The notes under the pieces are model-generated. The model saw only the letters and a list, made by a program, of their open reading frames with translations, did no database searches and had not been told where the DNA came from. A program made the position numbers and the translations under genes. Positions 10,548-23,935 of a stretch of DNA of 64,000 bases are shown here, piece by piece. The stretch's first letter is position 1; every line of letters begins with the position of its first letter. Source of the DNA: Eledone cirrhosa (lineage: Eukaryota); NCBI GenBank assembly GCA_964016885.1, contig OZ024742.1, positions 301,506,001 through 301,570,000 of the forward strand. Reading direction: 5' to 3'.

Positions 10548-13268
10548 TCATCATCCTCATCATCGTTAATGTCTATCTTCCACGCTAGCATGGGTTTAGA
10601 TGGGAATTGTCCCACGTGAGGCAAGATTGGTTGTCTTGCTCGTATAGGACTGTCTGGTGGGTTTTCTACGGCTGGATGCCCTTCCTAACACCAACCACGT
10701 TTACAGTGTGGACTGGGATGTTTTTACCGTGTTACCTACATGGCCACATTACAGCATGAACTGTGTGTTTTTTTTGTCGTGACACCTACACGACCTCATT
10801 TATTTAGGACTGGATGTTGTGGCACCAACATAACTTTACAGAGAAAGATAGGGGTGGGGGTAGGGGTAGTGGGATGGGGGTGTATTTTTGGTTAGGAAGT
10901 GCCTACTGACTGTAGGTGTCGCTTTGTACTTAGGCAAGGCGGGTCGTCTGTATTACTGCGTAGTACCAAAGATCTCGGTCCAGTGACATTGTCTTGGAGA
11001 GGTGCAAGTGTGTAAGGTCGGAATTGATCAAATTGTCCCAGGTTTTTCTGGGTCTACCTACTCCGTAGCTTCCATCTATTTTGATCGCCCTGCACTTTTT
11101 TATACAGCTGTCGTCTTTCATGCGCACCACGTGACCATACCAACGTAGTCTTCTCTCGAGTAAACAGCATCTGATCCCTCTTATTCCTAATTTCTCACTT
11201 AGTTCATTTATGCTTTGCCGTTCACGTATATTACTATTACACATCCAACGGAGCATGCAAGCTTCGTTCCTTTCCAGTTTGTGCAGACCCTCTGCACACA
11301 AGGCCCATGTCTCACTGCCATGTAACATTGCTGTTCATATGCAGGCATCATACAGTCTGCCTTTCATTTAGGGAGAAACCTTTAGCAGCCAATAGTGGTA
11401 TAAGCTCTCTGAACATTTTCCATCCCGTTCTGACTCTAGCTACTGTACTTTCGGAGCACCCTTCACCACTGCTGGTTTTGTCACCCAGGTAACGGAAGGT
11501 GTCCACTATTTCTATAGAACCATCTGGGCAATGGAAGGAGCTAGTATTCTGTGGGCACTTGCTACTACTTATTGCACCTGAGCACTGGCCACATATAAAA
11601 TCTATGTTCTTAGTTAGTTTACCTGTGATCCCACTACATCTTTTATGCACCCATACTTTGCATTTGGGACATAAAATGGAGTTTCTGTTTACTCCTTTCC
11701 TACACACTGAGCATGGCCATTTCCCAGAGGGGACCAGTGCCCTATTTTCCTTCCTACATACTAGAACTTTAGTCTTAGACAAGTTAATTTTAAGGCCTTT
11801 TGATTCTAGGCGATGCTTCCATGTTTGGAATTTCTTCTCTAGTTCAGCCATTGATTCAGCTATGAGCGTTAGATCATCTGCGTATAGGAGTTCCCATGGG
11901 CAGCTGGTCTTGAACTCCTCTGTTATAGCCTGAAGGGCAATAATAAATAGGAGGGGGCTAAGGACAGAGCCTTGGTGAACACCTACTTTTACACTAAATT
12001 CTTCACAATATTCATTGTTAATTCTAACCTTACTGACTGTTTCATTATACATAGCTTGTATAGCTCTCACAAGCCATTCATCTACACCTAGTTTTCTAAG
12101 AGCCCACCAGATAATGGAGCGGGGGACTCTGTCAAAGGCTTTTTCCAGGTCTACAAACGCTAAGTAGAGAGGTTTACTTTTAGCTAGGTACTTCTCTTGT
12201 AGTTGTCGTACAAGGAAAAGAGCGTCTGTGGTACTTTTACCTGACACAAACCCAAACTGCATTTCATCTAGATCAATTCGCTCTCTGATTAGTTGCTCTA
12301 TAACTCTTTCTGTGACCTTCATGACCTGGTCAACTAACTTAATGCCTCTATAGTTTCCTCTATCTAGAGCATCTCCTTTACCCTTGTAGCAGTTAATGAT
12401 GATGCTGCTACGCCAGTCTTTTGGTATGACCCCATTCTGTATTACTTGGTTAACTATACGTGTGACCATAGTATGTCTCACCATTCCAGATGCCTTCAAC
12501 ATCTCAGCAACTATCTCCGAAGGCCCAGCTGCCTTGCCTGTCTTCATATCTTTGATTGCCTTACTTATTATACTACCTTTAACTTGCACCGCTGGTCCTT
12601 CTATTGGATCAATTTGGGGCAGACTATCTTTTTCCCATTTATTCTCCTCATTTAATAGTCTCTCGTAGTGACACTTCCAGGCTATCTTCTTATCAGCATC
12701 AGTGAGGGCAAGTACACCGTTATCATTACGGACACACTTCTCCCTGACAATATCACGGTTTTCCTTGACACATTGTCTAGCAATCCTGAACACCTCGCGT
12801 TTTTGGTCCTCACGTTGTAGAATATGCTTGAACTTTCTTTCCTCTGCTTCCCTTTTTGCAAGGTACACTTGTCTCCTAGCTTTTCTCCTGGCCACTTGAT
12901 AGTGCTCTCTACTTCCCCCATCCTGCCATACTTTCCAAGCCTGCTTTTTGGCCTTGATTGTCTCTTCTACCTTACTGTTCCACCACCAAGTTACTCTTCT
13001 CCTGCCAATAGGTCTGCTCCAGCCACAGATTTCATCCGTTGCTTTCAGCAGGTTCACTTTCAAGAATTGCCACTATTCCTCTATATCGCACGTCTCTAAT
13101 TGCTCTTCCTTATTGTCAAAGGCATCAAGTAATAAGCTTTTAAATTTGTCACTGGCTATGGGGTCCTTCAACTTCCATATTCTTCTCCTCAAGGTAGGCC
13201 TCCTCTGTCGTCGAGTACGTCTATTTCTGACTGTGAGGTCACTAACTACTAGGCTATGTTGGGAGGTA
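10548..13268 (-). mobile_element. RTE-clade LINE family 1, 5'-truncated and frameshifted
   Basis: ORF pieces 13073-13276, 11348-13063 and 10930-11328 with NYRGIKL, FVDLEKAFDRVPR, GVHQGSVLSP, LYADDL and RLRWYGHV. Has a ~370-bp 3' UTR and (TGA)n tail. Confidence 0.92.
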
Positions 13269-13750
13269 TATATCAAAGGTTCTCAACGGGGGGGGGGGGC
13301 GTTTCGGAACTCCAGGGCAGCGTTTGAGAGTAAGGGGCGTTAGGGGGGCGTTTGGAGCTTTGGGGGGCACAGGAAGACTCTTTACTTTGGTAAGTTTTAT
13401 AAGCCATATTTGTATGCCTTTGAGACAGCCAGTGTGAATGCATTTGAATGACCATGCAGACAGCATAACTATGGTCTGACTGCAGCTGTGAGCAGATGCG
13501 CAGGCGTGTCTAGACATTAACCAGCAATTGGGATCTTAACAATGGAAAAACCCACAGTCAACTGGGTCAAGGACACTTTCAGCACAACCAGTTAGAATCT
13601 TGTCTTTCCTTCACCGATAACAAGGTATTTCATGTCTGAAATAATTGATTCAACTATAACGAGTTAACACTATGTAGGTCTATTTTATTCCCTATTGTAT
13701 AAATAATATTACAAAGAAAAAAAAATTAAAAAAACACAGAAGCGGGTAGC

Positions 13751-14180
13751 ACACACATCTAGGACCACATACAACACATAATCAGATAATACACACATCT
13801 AGGACCACATACAACACATAAGCAGGTAATACACGCATCTAGGACCACATACAACACATAAGCAGGTAATACACACATCTAGGACCACATGCAACACATA
13901 AGGAGGTATCACACACATCTAGGAGCACATACAACACAGAGGCAGGTAATACATACATTTAGGACCACATACAACACATAAGCAGGTAATACAAATATCT
14001 AGGACCACATACAACACATAAGGAGGTAATACACACATCTAGGACCACATACAATACACAAGCAGGTAATACATACAGCTGGGACCACATGCAATACATA
14101 AGCAGGTAATACATACATCTAGGACTACCTACAACACACAGGCAGGTAATACATACATCTAGGACCAAATACAACACACA
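13751..14180. repeat. 40-bp minisatellite, ~10.75 copies, inside the hAT
   Basis: Unit ACACACATCTAGGACCACATACAACACATAAGCAGGTAAT recurs at exact 40-bp spacing. Confidence 0.95.
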
Positions 14181-15246
14181 TTGTATCATGTGCTACGGAC
14201 GACGCAAGAGCAATGGTCGGCCAACATAAGGGTTTCGTCACTCTTCTGAAGAGAGAAAATCTATCTGTATTTGTTGTACATTGTGTCATTCATCGACAAC
14301 ACTTGGCTGCGAAGAAACTCAGCAAGCCGCTGAGCAAGTCCTTGCAGGTGGCCATTGATGTCATCAATTTTATCAAACACCATTCCCTCAATGAACGAAT
14401 TTTCCGGCAACTCTGCCAAGATAATGACGAAGAATTCGTCAAGTTGCTCCTTCATAATGAAGTGAGGTGGCTTTCAAATGGCAAGTGCCTTACTCACTTC
14501 TTTGAACTGTTCGACTCTATCATTGAGTTTCTGCGAGGACACAACACAGAACTGTACAAGAAAACCCTCGATGTGAGGCAAAACTGCGCCTACCTCACCG
14601 ACATGTCGACAAATGCAATAGCGTCATTTTGGCTTTGCAGGGGAAGAAGATCACCTTGGTTAAAGCAAGGAATGCTGTGAAAACATTCCTGGCCAAATTG
14701 AATGTCATCGAAAGGAATCTTTGTTGACGGGAATTCTATAATTTTCCTAGTGTCGCCAATGTTGAAAACATTGTAAGCGATGACCAACTCCAAATTTATA
14801 CCGCTCGCCTCTGTGCGCTACAAGACAACATGAGAGAACAGTCTGTCGACCTTTTGCCGATGGACATCCCAATGTGGGTAGCAGATCATCCCTTCATAGC
14901 TAACGTCGATGATTTGGACGTTATATTTCAGGAAGAATTCATTGAACTTCAAGCAGATGACATGATCAAAATTAGATTTCCCAAAATCGGTGAACCCCTT
15001 TTTGGGATGCAAGAGGAAATTCAGCGTCGATTTCCACACCTACATGCAGAGGCTAAGAGATTTGCTCTGCCTTTTCCAAGCTCATACTTAGTCAAGAGGA
15101 GGTTTGGTGCTGTTTCCAGACTGCACAGTAAGGCTCGCAGCCGCTACAATGCAATTACACGTGGAGATCTCCGGCTACATCCTACGAAAATCCAGCCTGA
15201 CGTCAAAAAGTTAGCTAGACTCCATAAAGTGAAAGGGTCCCATTGA
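14181..15246 (+). pseudogene. hAT transposase remnant (Buster/ZBED5-like, C-terminal half)
   Basis: CTDDARAMVG, HCVIHRQHLAAK, LLLHNEVRWLSNG, PFPSSYLV...RGDLRL; contains a frameshift and a stop. Confidence 0.85.
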
Positions 15247-16135
15247 AATGAGGTTAAACTTAAAGTTAGTTGATTTATCCGAAAACTTGGATATGCTATT
15301 GTTACAAAGCAAACTAACAATTTTTTTTATTTGTAGTTGCAGTCTGACTGGACTAGAAACCATCTACCACAATTCACTTACTCATTTGTTGTATATATTT
15401 TACCATTTACTAATAAATATACCCTCCCACGTGGGCATGAAAACCCTCTTCCGTGGTCTTTAAGCTCACAAAGCAGAGGGGACATCAAGTTAGATATCAA
15501 CATTTATTCTGTCCGTTTCATTAAAGGGAAAATTGAAAAGCTTTGAAATGATATAATTGCCACTTTCTTCCAGATAAGAGCACTCTTTGGATAGACGGAG
15601 TTGCTCTTGTATAAATGTTCAAAATAGCTGGTATCGCCTGGTGGGAATATAACAAATTCAACTGGTCCTTATTCATAAAAAAGAACATTTATGTTCCTTT
15701 TTTTGAAATTTATATATTTCCTTTCAAGGAATGTATTTATACTCTCAGCTGCCTGCAAATGGTATCTTTGGAAAATTGTTAATCAATTTTTTAGTAATCT
15801 ACTGATATCAAAATCAGTAGTATATTGAAAAATGGAAAAATAGGGTAGAGGGACGTTTCGTGATTTCGAGGGACAAAAGGGGGCGTTTGGTTTAAATGTG
15901 TTGAGAACCTGTGATATATATGATATATATATTTAATATATATTTATAACATATATAGGATATATATATAATATATATATATAACATATATATATATATA
16001 TAATACATATATAACATATATATATATATATAATATATATAATTTAATAAATGAACGGAGAACAAAAAACAGAGAGGCAGTACAAATGATATTAGTATTA
16101 GTTTCACGCTTGAGAGTGGGGGTGGGGGACATATA

Positions 16136-16593
16136 TGTAGCAAGAGTTGCCTCCCTTGTCATGACAATCTCATCACCGCTCTCTAGACAGGAAGTAGCTG
16201 GAGTTGCTTCCCTTTGGGATTGACAGACTCCCTGGTGGTCACTTCCGGTCACCTCCTATAAAAGGAACAGGTCGCCACGATATCTTTCTCTTGCCTCCTG
16301 ATTTCCGAAGTGGTAACACCTGCGACCTTAGCCTGAGATGATTCCCTTTTGATAATCACTCGCCACCAAGAACAATGCAACTTGCAGCCTGAGAGCCTAA
16401 GATGTTAATACCAGCTAGAAAAGATCTCTTCTTTTCTCTACCAACTTCAGCCTGGAGTTGTGACCATCGGGTAACGAATCCTTAATATTTAATACCTTTG
16501 ACTTCTATGAAGTAAAAACATTATCACAACACACACCGGTATTTACTGTCTTTTGTAATAATTTTATATGTACACCGATACTAATCTCCTAAA
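16136..16593 (+). repeat. 5' LTR; TATA box TATAAAAG at ~16257
   Basis: TGTAGC...CTCCTAAA, a direct repeat of 21590-22047. Confidence 0.93.
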
Positions 16594-16594
16594 G

Positions 16595-16613
16595 TGGTGA
16601 CCCTCGACGTGAT
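16595..16613 (+). promoter_or_regulatory. Primer binding site, tRNA-Trp type
   Basis: TGGTGACCCTCGACGTGAT versus the complement of the tRNA-Trp 3' end, TGGTGACCCCGACGTGAT (one extra T). Confidence 0.85.
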
Positions 16614-17077
16614 TTAAAACAAAATAAAAAAGAATGGGAAATGGTATACGGTGTATATAATAAAAAAAAAAAGAAAGACAGAAGAAAAAGAGAAAAATAT
16701 AACAATTTCATACAAAACCTACAATTATTGACACACAGACAAACAGCAATTGTATAAATGTTTTTGCCTTTTTTTTCTCTCCTTTTCTGCCCTTCTCTTC
16801 TCTGGCTAAAAATGTTTGAGGATGACAAGATGGAGTCTCTCTTCTCCATCAATAGTGTTTTTGGCGCGAAATAGTCCGCCATGTTGGATTTTTTTTTTTT
16901 TAGGTTCCTTACCCTTACCTTAGTATAACAGCATTCACTTAATCGCTTGTTTGCATATTGTCCCGGGTGCATTATTTTTCCGGTCCAGTGGTTTGACGGA
17001 AAAGTAAGCGATTTTGTTTTCCTTTTCTGTTGCGTTAGAGACAGTTTTCCAAACGGTAGATTGCCTACGGTATACCA

Positions 17078-17842
17078 ATGGCTTCCCACTCTGTTCTGCC
17101 AACGTACACGGGCGACGTGAGGCTATGGTTCGCCCAGTTAGAAGCATTCTTCAGGGCGAACAGAGTTGACAAGGAACTACAACGTTCTGTGGTCCTTAGC
17201 GCAATTCCGCCGGCAATTCTCCCAGCGGTTAAGGACCTCGTGTTAGAGACAACCACAGACTCGTCGTACACGTCTCTGAAGGCTGAAATACTCAGCCGGG
17301 CAGAACAGTCTTCAGAAAAAAGATTTAGGGCTCTGGTTCATCTGGAGCATATAGGGGATGGCACCCCCATCGAACCTCCTTAGGCGAATAAAGGACCTAA
17401 CGGAGGTGTCTACAGCGGAAACTGTCCTGCTGAAGCAGTTGTTCTTCTCGCGCCCATGAGGGATACAAGCACGGTGGATCAGCTTGCCGCATCTGCGGAC
17501 AAAGTTTTCGAGGTGACGAATGCCGGAGGCAGCAACCCCCTTGCCGCTGTTCACCACCCAGCTCGGGCCACACACGGCCATGCGATCTACGCGGCAGCGC
17601 CAATAGACAACTAGACCATTATAGCGATGCAAAGGTCCATTCAGGAGCTCACCATAGAGCTCCACAAGATGAAGGCCTTGTGTGGTGGCTGTTCGCGCCC
17701 CCGCAGTCGCGGGAGATCGCAAAGTTTTAGACGGCGTTCTAAATCACCAGCTTCATCTTTATGCTGGTACCACGAGCGATTTGCTGAGAACGCGAATGAC
17801 TGCGTGCAACCTTGCTCCTTTCATAAGGCGGGAAACGCCTAA
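17078..17842 (+). pseudogene. Gypsy gag, disrupted by frameshifts and stops
   Basis: LPTYTGDVRLWFAQLEAFF N-terminus and C-terminal LCWYHERF...CVQPC knuckle. Confidence 0.8.
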
Positions 17843-17853
17843 GAGGTCCTCCT

Positions 17854-20800
17854 TTGGGGACAGTCGACCTCAACGTAAAGCCACCAAACCGCCATTTCTT
17901 CATTAAGGACCTAATGTCCGGAAAAGGTTTCCTCGTGGATACAGGAGCCTCCTGTAGTATTTGGCCGGTCCATTGCCTGAAAGATACCCCCATAGAGTCA
18001 TCTGTTACGCTGCAGGCAGTTAACCACTCGTCTATAAAGACGTACGGGCAAATCTCGCTCCCTCTTAAATTCCTAAATCTTCGAAGGGATTTTAAGTGGA
18101 TTTTTACGGTTGCCGATTTGCCATATCCCATCTTAGGAGCGGATTTCCTCCACAACTTCTCCTTAACCGTGGCCAACGCCTGGTGGATAACATCACCGGC
18201 TTTTCAATTCATGGCCAGGAAGCCAATGCTCCAATCGTCAGCCCCATGTTCTTTGTCGTTGCCACTGGAGACGCCTACCATGCGTTGCTGGATTCTTTCC
18301 CGGAGCTCACGGATGGAAATTTTCGAGTCACTGACCCAACACACTCGACCGAACATTTCGTTTCCACCACCGGTGCTCCAGTGTTTTTGCGTCCACGCCG
18401 CTTACCGACGGAAAAATTAAAGGCAGCACGGTCCGAGTTCGACCATATGCTGCAGCTGGGCATTATTCGCCCATCTACGAGTCCTTGGGCTTCACCGTTA
18501 CACATGGTGCCCAAGACTTCCGGCGACTGGAGACCCACTGGAGATTATAGGAGGTTAAATGCCATGACCGTCCCGGATAGGTATCCCATTCCCCATCTCC
18601 ACGATTTTGCATCTTCACTGCAGGGGTGTAAGATTTTTTATAAGTTAGATTTAGTGCGAGCCTACCACCAAATTCCGGTCAGGAAGGAGGATATTCCGAA
18701 AACGGCGATTACAACCCCTTTCGGATCCTTCGAATTTTTGACCATGCTTTTCGGACTCAGGAACGCCGCTAGCACTTTTCAGAGGTTCATAGACGAGGTC
18801 ACGCGTGGTCTGGACTTCGTTTATGCTTACATAGACGATATTCTCGTCGCTAGTTCCTCTCCGGAAGAGCATATGCGCCACATGCTTCTCTTATTTCGGC
18901 GACTTCAGGATTACCGCGTTCGCGTGAATCCTGCAAAGTGTGTTTTCGGTTCCACTTCCCTACATTTTTTAGGCCACTTCATCGACGCCGAAGGTATTAG
19001 GCCGCTCCCTCAGCGAGTTCAAGCCATACAGGAGTTACCTCCGCCTACTACACTTCACCAGTTGCGTCACTTCTTAGGCCTAATCAATTTCTATAGGCGT
19101 TTCATTCCTCATTGTGCTAATTGGCTATCTTCCCTTACTGACATTTTAAAAAATCGTCGTAAGAAGAATGAAGACATTTCCTTGACACAAGGACAGCTTC
19201 AGGACTTCCAGTCTGCCAAGACAGCACTCGCTAGTTCTTCTTTGCTAGCCCACCCGGTACCAGAGGCCAAGCTTTCGCTTTGTGTTGATGCATCTGATAC
19301 CGCTGTGGGAGCAGTTTTACAGCAGTCTTACGCTGAAAACCAACAACCTTTGGCATTTTTCTCGAGGAAGTTGAAACCAGCAGAAACGCGTTATAGCACG
19401 TTTGGGCGGGAATTATTAGCCATATATCTGTCGGTGAAACATTTCTCTCATATTCTTGAGGGGAGAAATTTTACGGTTTTTACCGACCACAAACCGTTGA
19501 CCTTCGCTTTGAGGGCCAAAGCCGACAGATATTCGCCCAGAGAGACAAGGCACCTGGACTACGTTTCACAATTTACAAACGATATCCAGCACATTGCCGG
19601 CTCGCACAACATAGTGGCAGACGCATTGTCACGTTTGCCAATTAGCTCCATCTCGTCATCCCAGGAGATCGACTTAGGTCGTTTAGCTGCAGACCAACCT
19701 GCACTCCAATCGTTTGACACTCTTTCTACTGAATTTACGACTTGCATTTTCAAATATCTGCCCTTGTCCACCACCGACAGGCAGATTCTATGTGATGTAT
19801 CTACTGATGCACCACGACCACTTGTTCCTGAGACTCACCGTCGAATTGTGTTCCTGGCTTTGCACAATATTTCTCATCCTGGATCTGCTGCCACAGTTAA
19901 ACTCATAACAGCCAGATTCTTCTGGCCAAATATGAGGCGCGACATTGCTGCTTGGTGCCATTCCTGTATCGCTTGCCAGAAATCGAAGATCCATAGACAC
20001 ATCCGGACTCCACTTGGTACTTTCAGTACTCCAGATGCTCGGTTTCAACACATCCACATTGACATCGTTGAACCTTGGCCATTCAGCAGTGGATATTCTT
20101 ACATATTGACGTGTGTCGATCGTTTTTCGCGATGGCCTGAAGCCATCCCTTTACAAGTCATGACTGCTGAGACTGTAGCACGTGCCCTGGTATCAGGGTG
20201 GATTACCCGCTTTGGGGTACCAACTACACTCACCACAGACCGTGGTAGACAATTCGAGTCCTATCTCTTCTCTGAGCTCACAAAAATAATTGGAGCTCAA
20301 CGGATTCGGACCACAGCCTATCATCCTGCTTCAAATGGAATGGTGGAACGATTCCACCGCCAATTAAAGGCCGCTCTTCGCGCCTATCCAGACTCTCAAC
20401 GTTGGAGCGAGTACCTTCCTATTGTGTTATTAGGAATTCGGTCATCAATAAAGGAGGACCTTGGGTTCTCCCCGGCCGAATTAATTTACGGTGCTCCTCT
20501 AGCGTTGCCTGGGCAAATGCTTGCCCCTGTTGATCTTGCTTTCCAAGATCCGCTTTCCTACGTATCCCGTCTGCGTTCTTATTTTCAGGACCTGCCGCCG
20601 ATGGATACGAGGAAGAAAACTGTAAAACCTGCGGTCCCGAGGGATATTGCCTCGTGGACCCATGTGTTCGTAAGGAACGATGCTGTGAGACCACCCCTCA
20701 CACAACCATACTCTGGACCCTACCGTTTGTTAGCACGCACTGACAAACATTTCACTGTAGACGTTAAGGGGTCCAGAGAGACAATTTCAGTGGATAGACT

Positions 20801-20972
20801 GAAAAGGGCACACAATGACGCTCATACACCCGAGCCACAAATACCCCAATCTTTCTCTCTTGTGCATACACCTGCTCCTTCTGCCCCACCTTCACCTACA
20901 TACAAGACTACGACCCGTTCTGGTCGGAGAGTCCACTGGCCCAAAAAGTTCTGCCAAACTATTTTTATGTGA
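17854..20972 (+). CDS. Gypsy pol: protease (one frameshift near 18170), RT, RNase H, integrase
   Basis: FLVDTGAS; [24 protein letters not shown]; VDASD, FTDHKPL, ADALSR; HHCC zinc finger, [16 protein letters not shown]. Confidence 0.93.
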
Positions 20973-21589
20973 ACTGGCCATTGGAGCCTTATATATATAT
21001 TTTTTTTTTCCTGTTCTTGTTATTTATTGATTTATTGTATTACAATGTACCTCTCATTACCATTTCACTGGATGTATATATATGTTTTTCATTTCCTTTA
21101 CAACGAACATTTTAAGCTATATTCTTCTATTTGCCGGTTTATAAATTTACCACGTAAATTTGCCGTTGAAAACTGCGCATTTATTAAGAATGCTTATTTC
21201 TCTGGTCGCTGGCCTCTTGACCCTTCCAGGTCAATGCATTCACAACATCAACAACAACACAGCTTCATCAACGACTAAAACCAGCAGAACAAGCCAGACA
21301 ATTTATTTCTGCAGCACTCTGCCTGTGAGAAATTCCCTTCGGAAGTTGAAAATTTCATGTTATACCACAGACCAGAAACCACCTGCATTCATTCTCTGGA
21401 ACACATTCTTTACTGCTGTCATGTGATTGCACACATGTGAACTGTATTTTAGATATTTGAACTTTTGACCTCTTCTCTTACTTTTATTACATTGTACCAT
21501 AATTTCCATGCCTCTTACATGCTCGCCATCTTACTCCATGCATGCTTCTTTCGATTTTTATGTTTTAAAAATCTGGCGGGGGACATATA

Positions 21590-22047
21590 TGTAGCAAGAG
21601 TTGCCTCCCTTGTCATGACAATCTCATCACCGCTCTCTAGACAGGAAGTAGCTGGAGTTGCTTCCCTTTGGGATTGACAGACTCCCTGGTGGTCACTTCC
21701 GGTCACCTCTTATAAAAGGAACAGGTCACCACGATATCTCTCTCTTGCCTCCTGATTTCCGAAGTGGTAACACCTGCGACCTTAGCCTGAGATGATTCCC
21801 ATTTGATAATCACTCGCCACCAAGAACAATGCAACTTGCAGCCTGAGAGCCTAAGATGTTAATACCAGCTAGAAAAGATCTCTTCTTTTCTCTACCAACT
21901 TCAGCCTGGAGTTGTGACCATCGGGTAACGAATCCTTAATATTTAATACCTTTGACTTCTATGAAGTAAAAACATTATCACAACACACACCGGTATTTAC
22001 TGTCTTTTGTAATAATTTTATATGTACACCGATACTAATCTCCTAAA
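21590..22047 (+). repeat. 3' LTR, preceded by PPT GGCGGGGGAC (21575-21584)
   Basis: Direct repeat of the 5' LTR. Confidence 0.93.
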
Positions 22048-22316
22048 TATATATATATAATACATGTATATAATATGGTAACTAACTGCTTCTTCTAGCA
22101 ATGAACTTACTTGCCACCGGTCTACCCTTCACAACAATTATATCTTGCCCGTTAGCCACGTGATATTTTTCACCCCCTTTTGAATTCGTTACTAACGATG
22201 ATCACTTTGGAAATTTCGGTCCTAACTCAGGGAGTCTCTTGATAAGCTCGAAGCCTCATGGATAATGCAACGATTAGACATTTCTACAAAGTACGAGCGA
22301 AACGGTCGATAGTCGG

Positions 22317-22605
22317 GACTAGAGGAATTTTTGGTGACATTTATCTATTATTTCTTCAAACTTACATTTTCAACTTAGCTCTGTTGAAGTGATTATTTGT
22401 CTAGTTAATTTCTATGGACTAAGAGGAAAAGTTAGGTAGATTTTATCTGACTGTTCTTCATAAAGGAATATTGATGACATTTATCTATTATTTCTTCAAA
22501 GTTACATTTTAAACTTAAATCCGTTTAATTGATTATTTATCTAGTTAATTTCTATGGACTAAGAAGAAATTTTGGGTAAATGTTATCTGACTGTTCTTCA
22601 AACTT
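22317..22605. repeat. Imperfect tandem duplication with a ~140-bp unit
   Basis: TGACATTTATCTATTATTTCTTCAAA and CTAGTTAATTTCTATGGACTAAGA each occur twice. Confidence 0.75.
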
Positions 22606-22685
22606 ATAATTTTATATACACACACATATATATACAATATGTAATATATATATATATAATATATATGTATATATATATATGTATT

Positions 22686-22778
<93 letters not shown>

Positions 22779-23119
22779 TTATCATATACATAGAATTAAA
22801 TTAAAGATATATATATTTTGATTTTTTGATTTTAATTTATTAATTCTTCATTGAGCTTAAAAGTGAACAGTTGCAACATATATATATCTTTAATTTAATT
22901 CTATGTATATGATAACCTCTATATTTAATAATCTCCCAATTGGTTGAGATTAAATTTGGCGATACATGGTTGCGCTTTCTAGCAGTAAGCCTACCCGCCG
23001 TAAGCAACCAATCACACGCTTTCTCTCTGGCTGCTACACAGCTACATACCGATCTTAGCCATTTTTTAATCTAAATTTGGCGCGGTCGGTTTGAAAAATT
23101 AAATGTCTGATTTTGAGTT

Positions 23120-23198
23120 TATCTCCTGATGAAACCTAACTCTGGACAATTCACATTATTTGGATGTCCTAAATAAGGAAGAAACCATGGTAGAGATA
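23120..23198 (+). ncRNA. Type I hammerhead ribozyme (Penelope pLTR-type)
   Basis: TATCTC-CTGATGA-[48 nt with CCT/AGG and GGACA/TGTCC]-GAAAC-CATG-GTA-GAGATA: perfect 6-bp stem I and palindromic stem III. Confidence 0.8.
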
Positions 23199-23481
23199 TA
23201 ATTACGGTATGTGCGCATTTCTTCTAAGGTTAATTTTACTACTAATTATGTGTGATTGATAGTATATTTGATCGGATTCTGCATGCTGCCGAAATGTTTG
23301 ATAAATAATGGAACGGGGCTGCCGCAAAGAGGCTGCGATCAATTGTTTGTCAGAGATTTCCCCGTAAGAAAATTTATTCTTAAGGCTTGCTAGATTTGAT
23401 TTTGTATATGGTTAATTATGCTAATTGGAAGAAGAAATAGTATATATTTTAATATCTGATTGATTCTATAGACATGATTTA

Positions 23482-23529
<48 letters not shown>

Positions 23530-23796
23530 TCTTCAGCCGAGTTTACACTCGCATATATATATATATATATGTGTGTGTGCGAAATATTCATATTCATGGA
23601 AATTTAAGACTTGACTCGTTCTTCCTCACTTTTCGTTGCTTCACCATTTTTGTTTGTTTACACTCTCGCTGTTCCCTTTATTTACGTGTCCCTACGACTT
23701 TTTGTAGCCGTTGCTCGCACCAACCGGAGGTATATGGTCTTTAAAGCGAAGAAATACTGATGATGGTTGGAAGATCACTGATGAAGGACCACTTTA

Positions 23797-23797
<1 letters not shown>

Positions 23798-23832
<35 letters not shown>

Positions 23833-23851
23833 ATATATATATATATAATAT

Positions 23852-23935
<84 letters not shown>

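Larger units (their letters stand above)
13274..15913 (+). mobile_element. hAT (Charlie/Buster-like) DNA transposon, internally rearranged
   Basis: TIRs CAAAGGTTCTCAAC / GTTGAGAACCTGTG, near-TSD GTATATAT/ATATATAT, and subterminal GGGGCGTT repeats at both ends. Confidence 0.85.
16136..22047 (+). mobile_element. Full-length Ty3/Gypsy LTR retrotransposon
   Basis: Two 458-bp LTRs (16136-16593 and 21590-22047) differing at about 4 positions by eye, with PBS, PPT and gag-PR-RT-RH-IN order. Confidence 0.96.

Noticed and set aside
13751-14180. Regular 40-bp periodicity resembling a CRISPR array
   Set aside because: There are no unique spacers and no cas genes, and the context is a eukaryotic transposon; it is a minisatellite.
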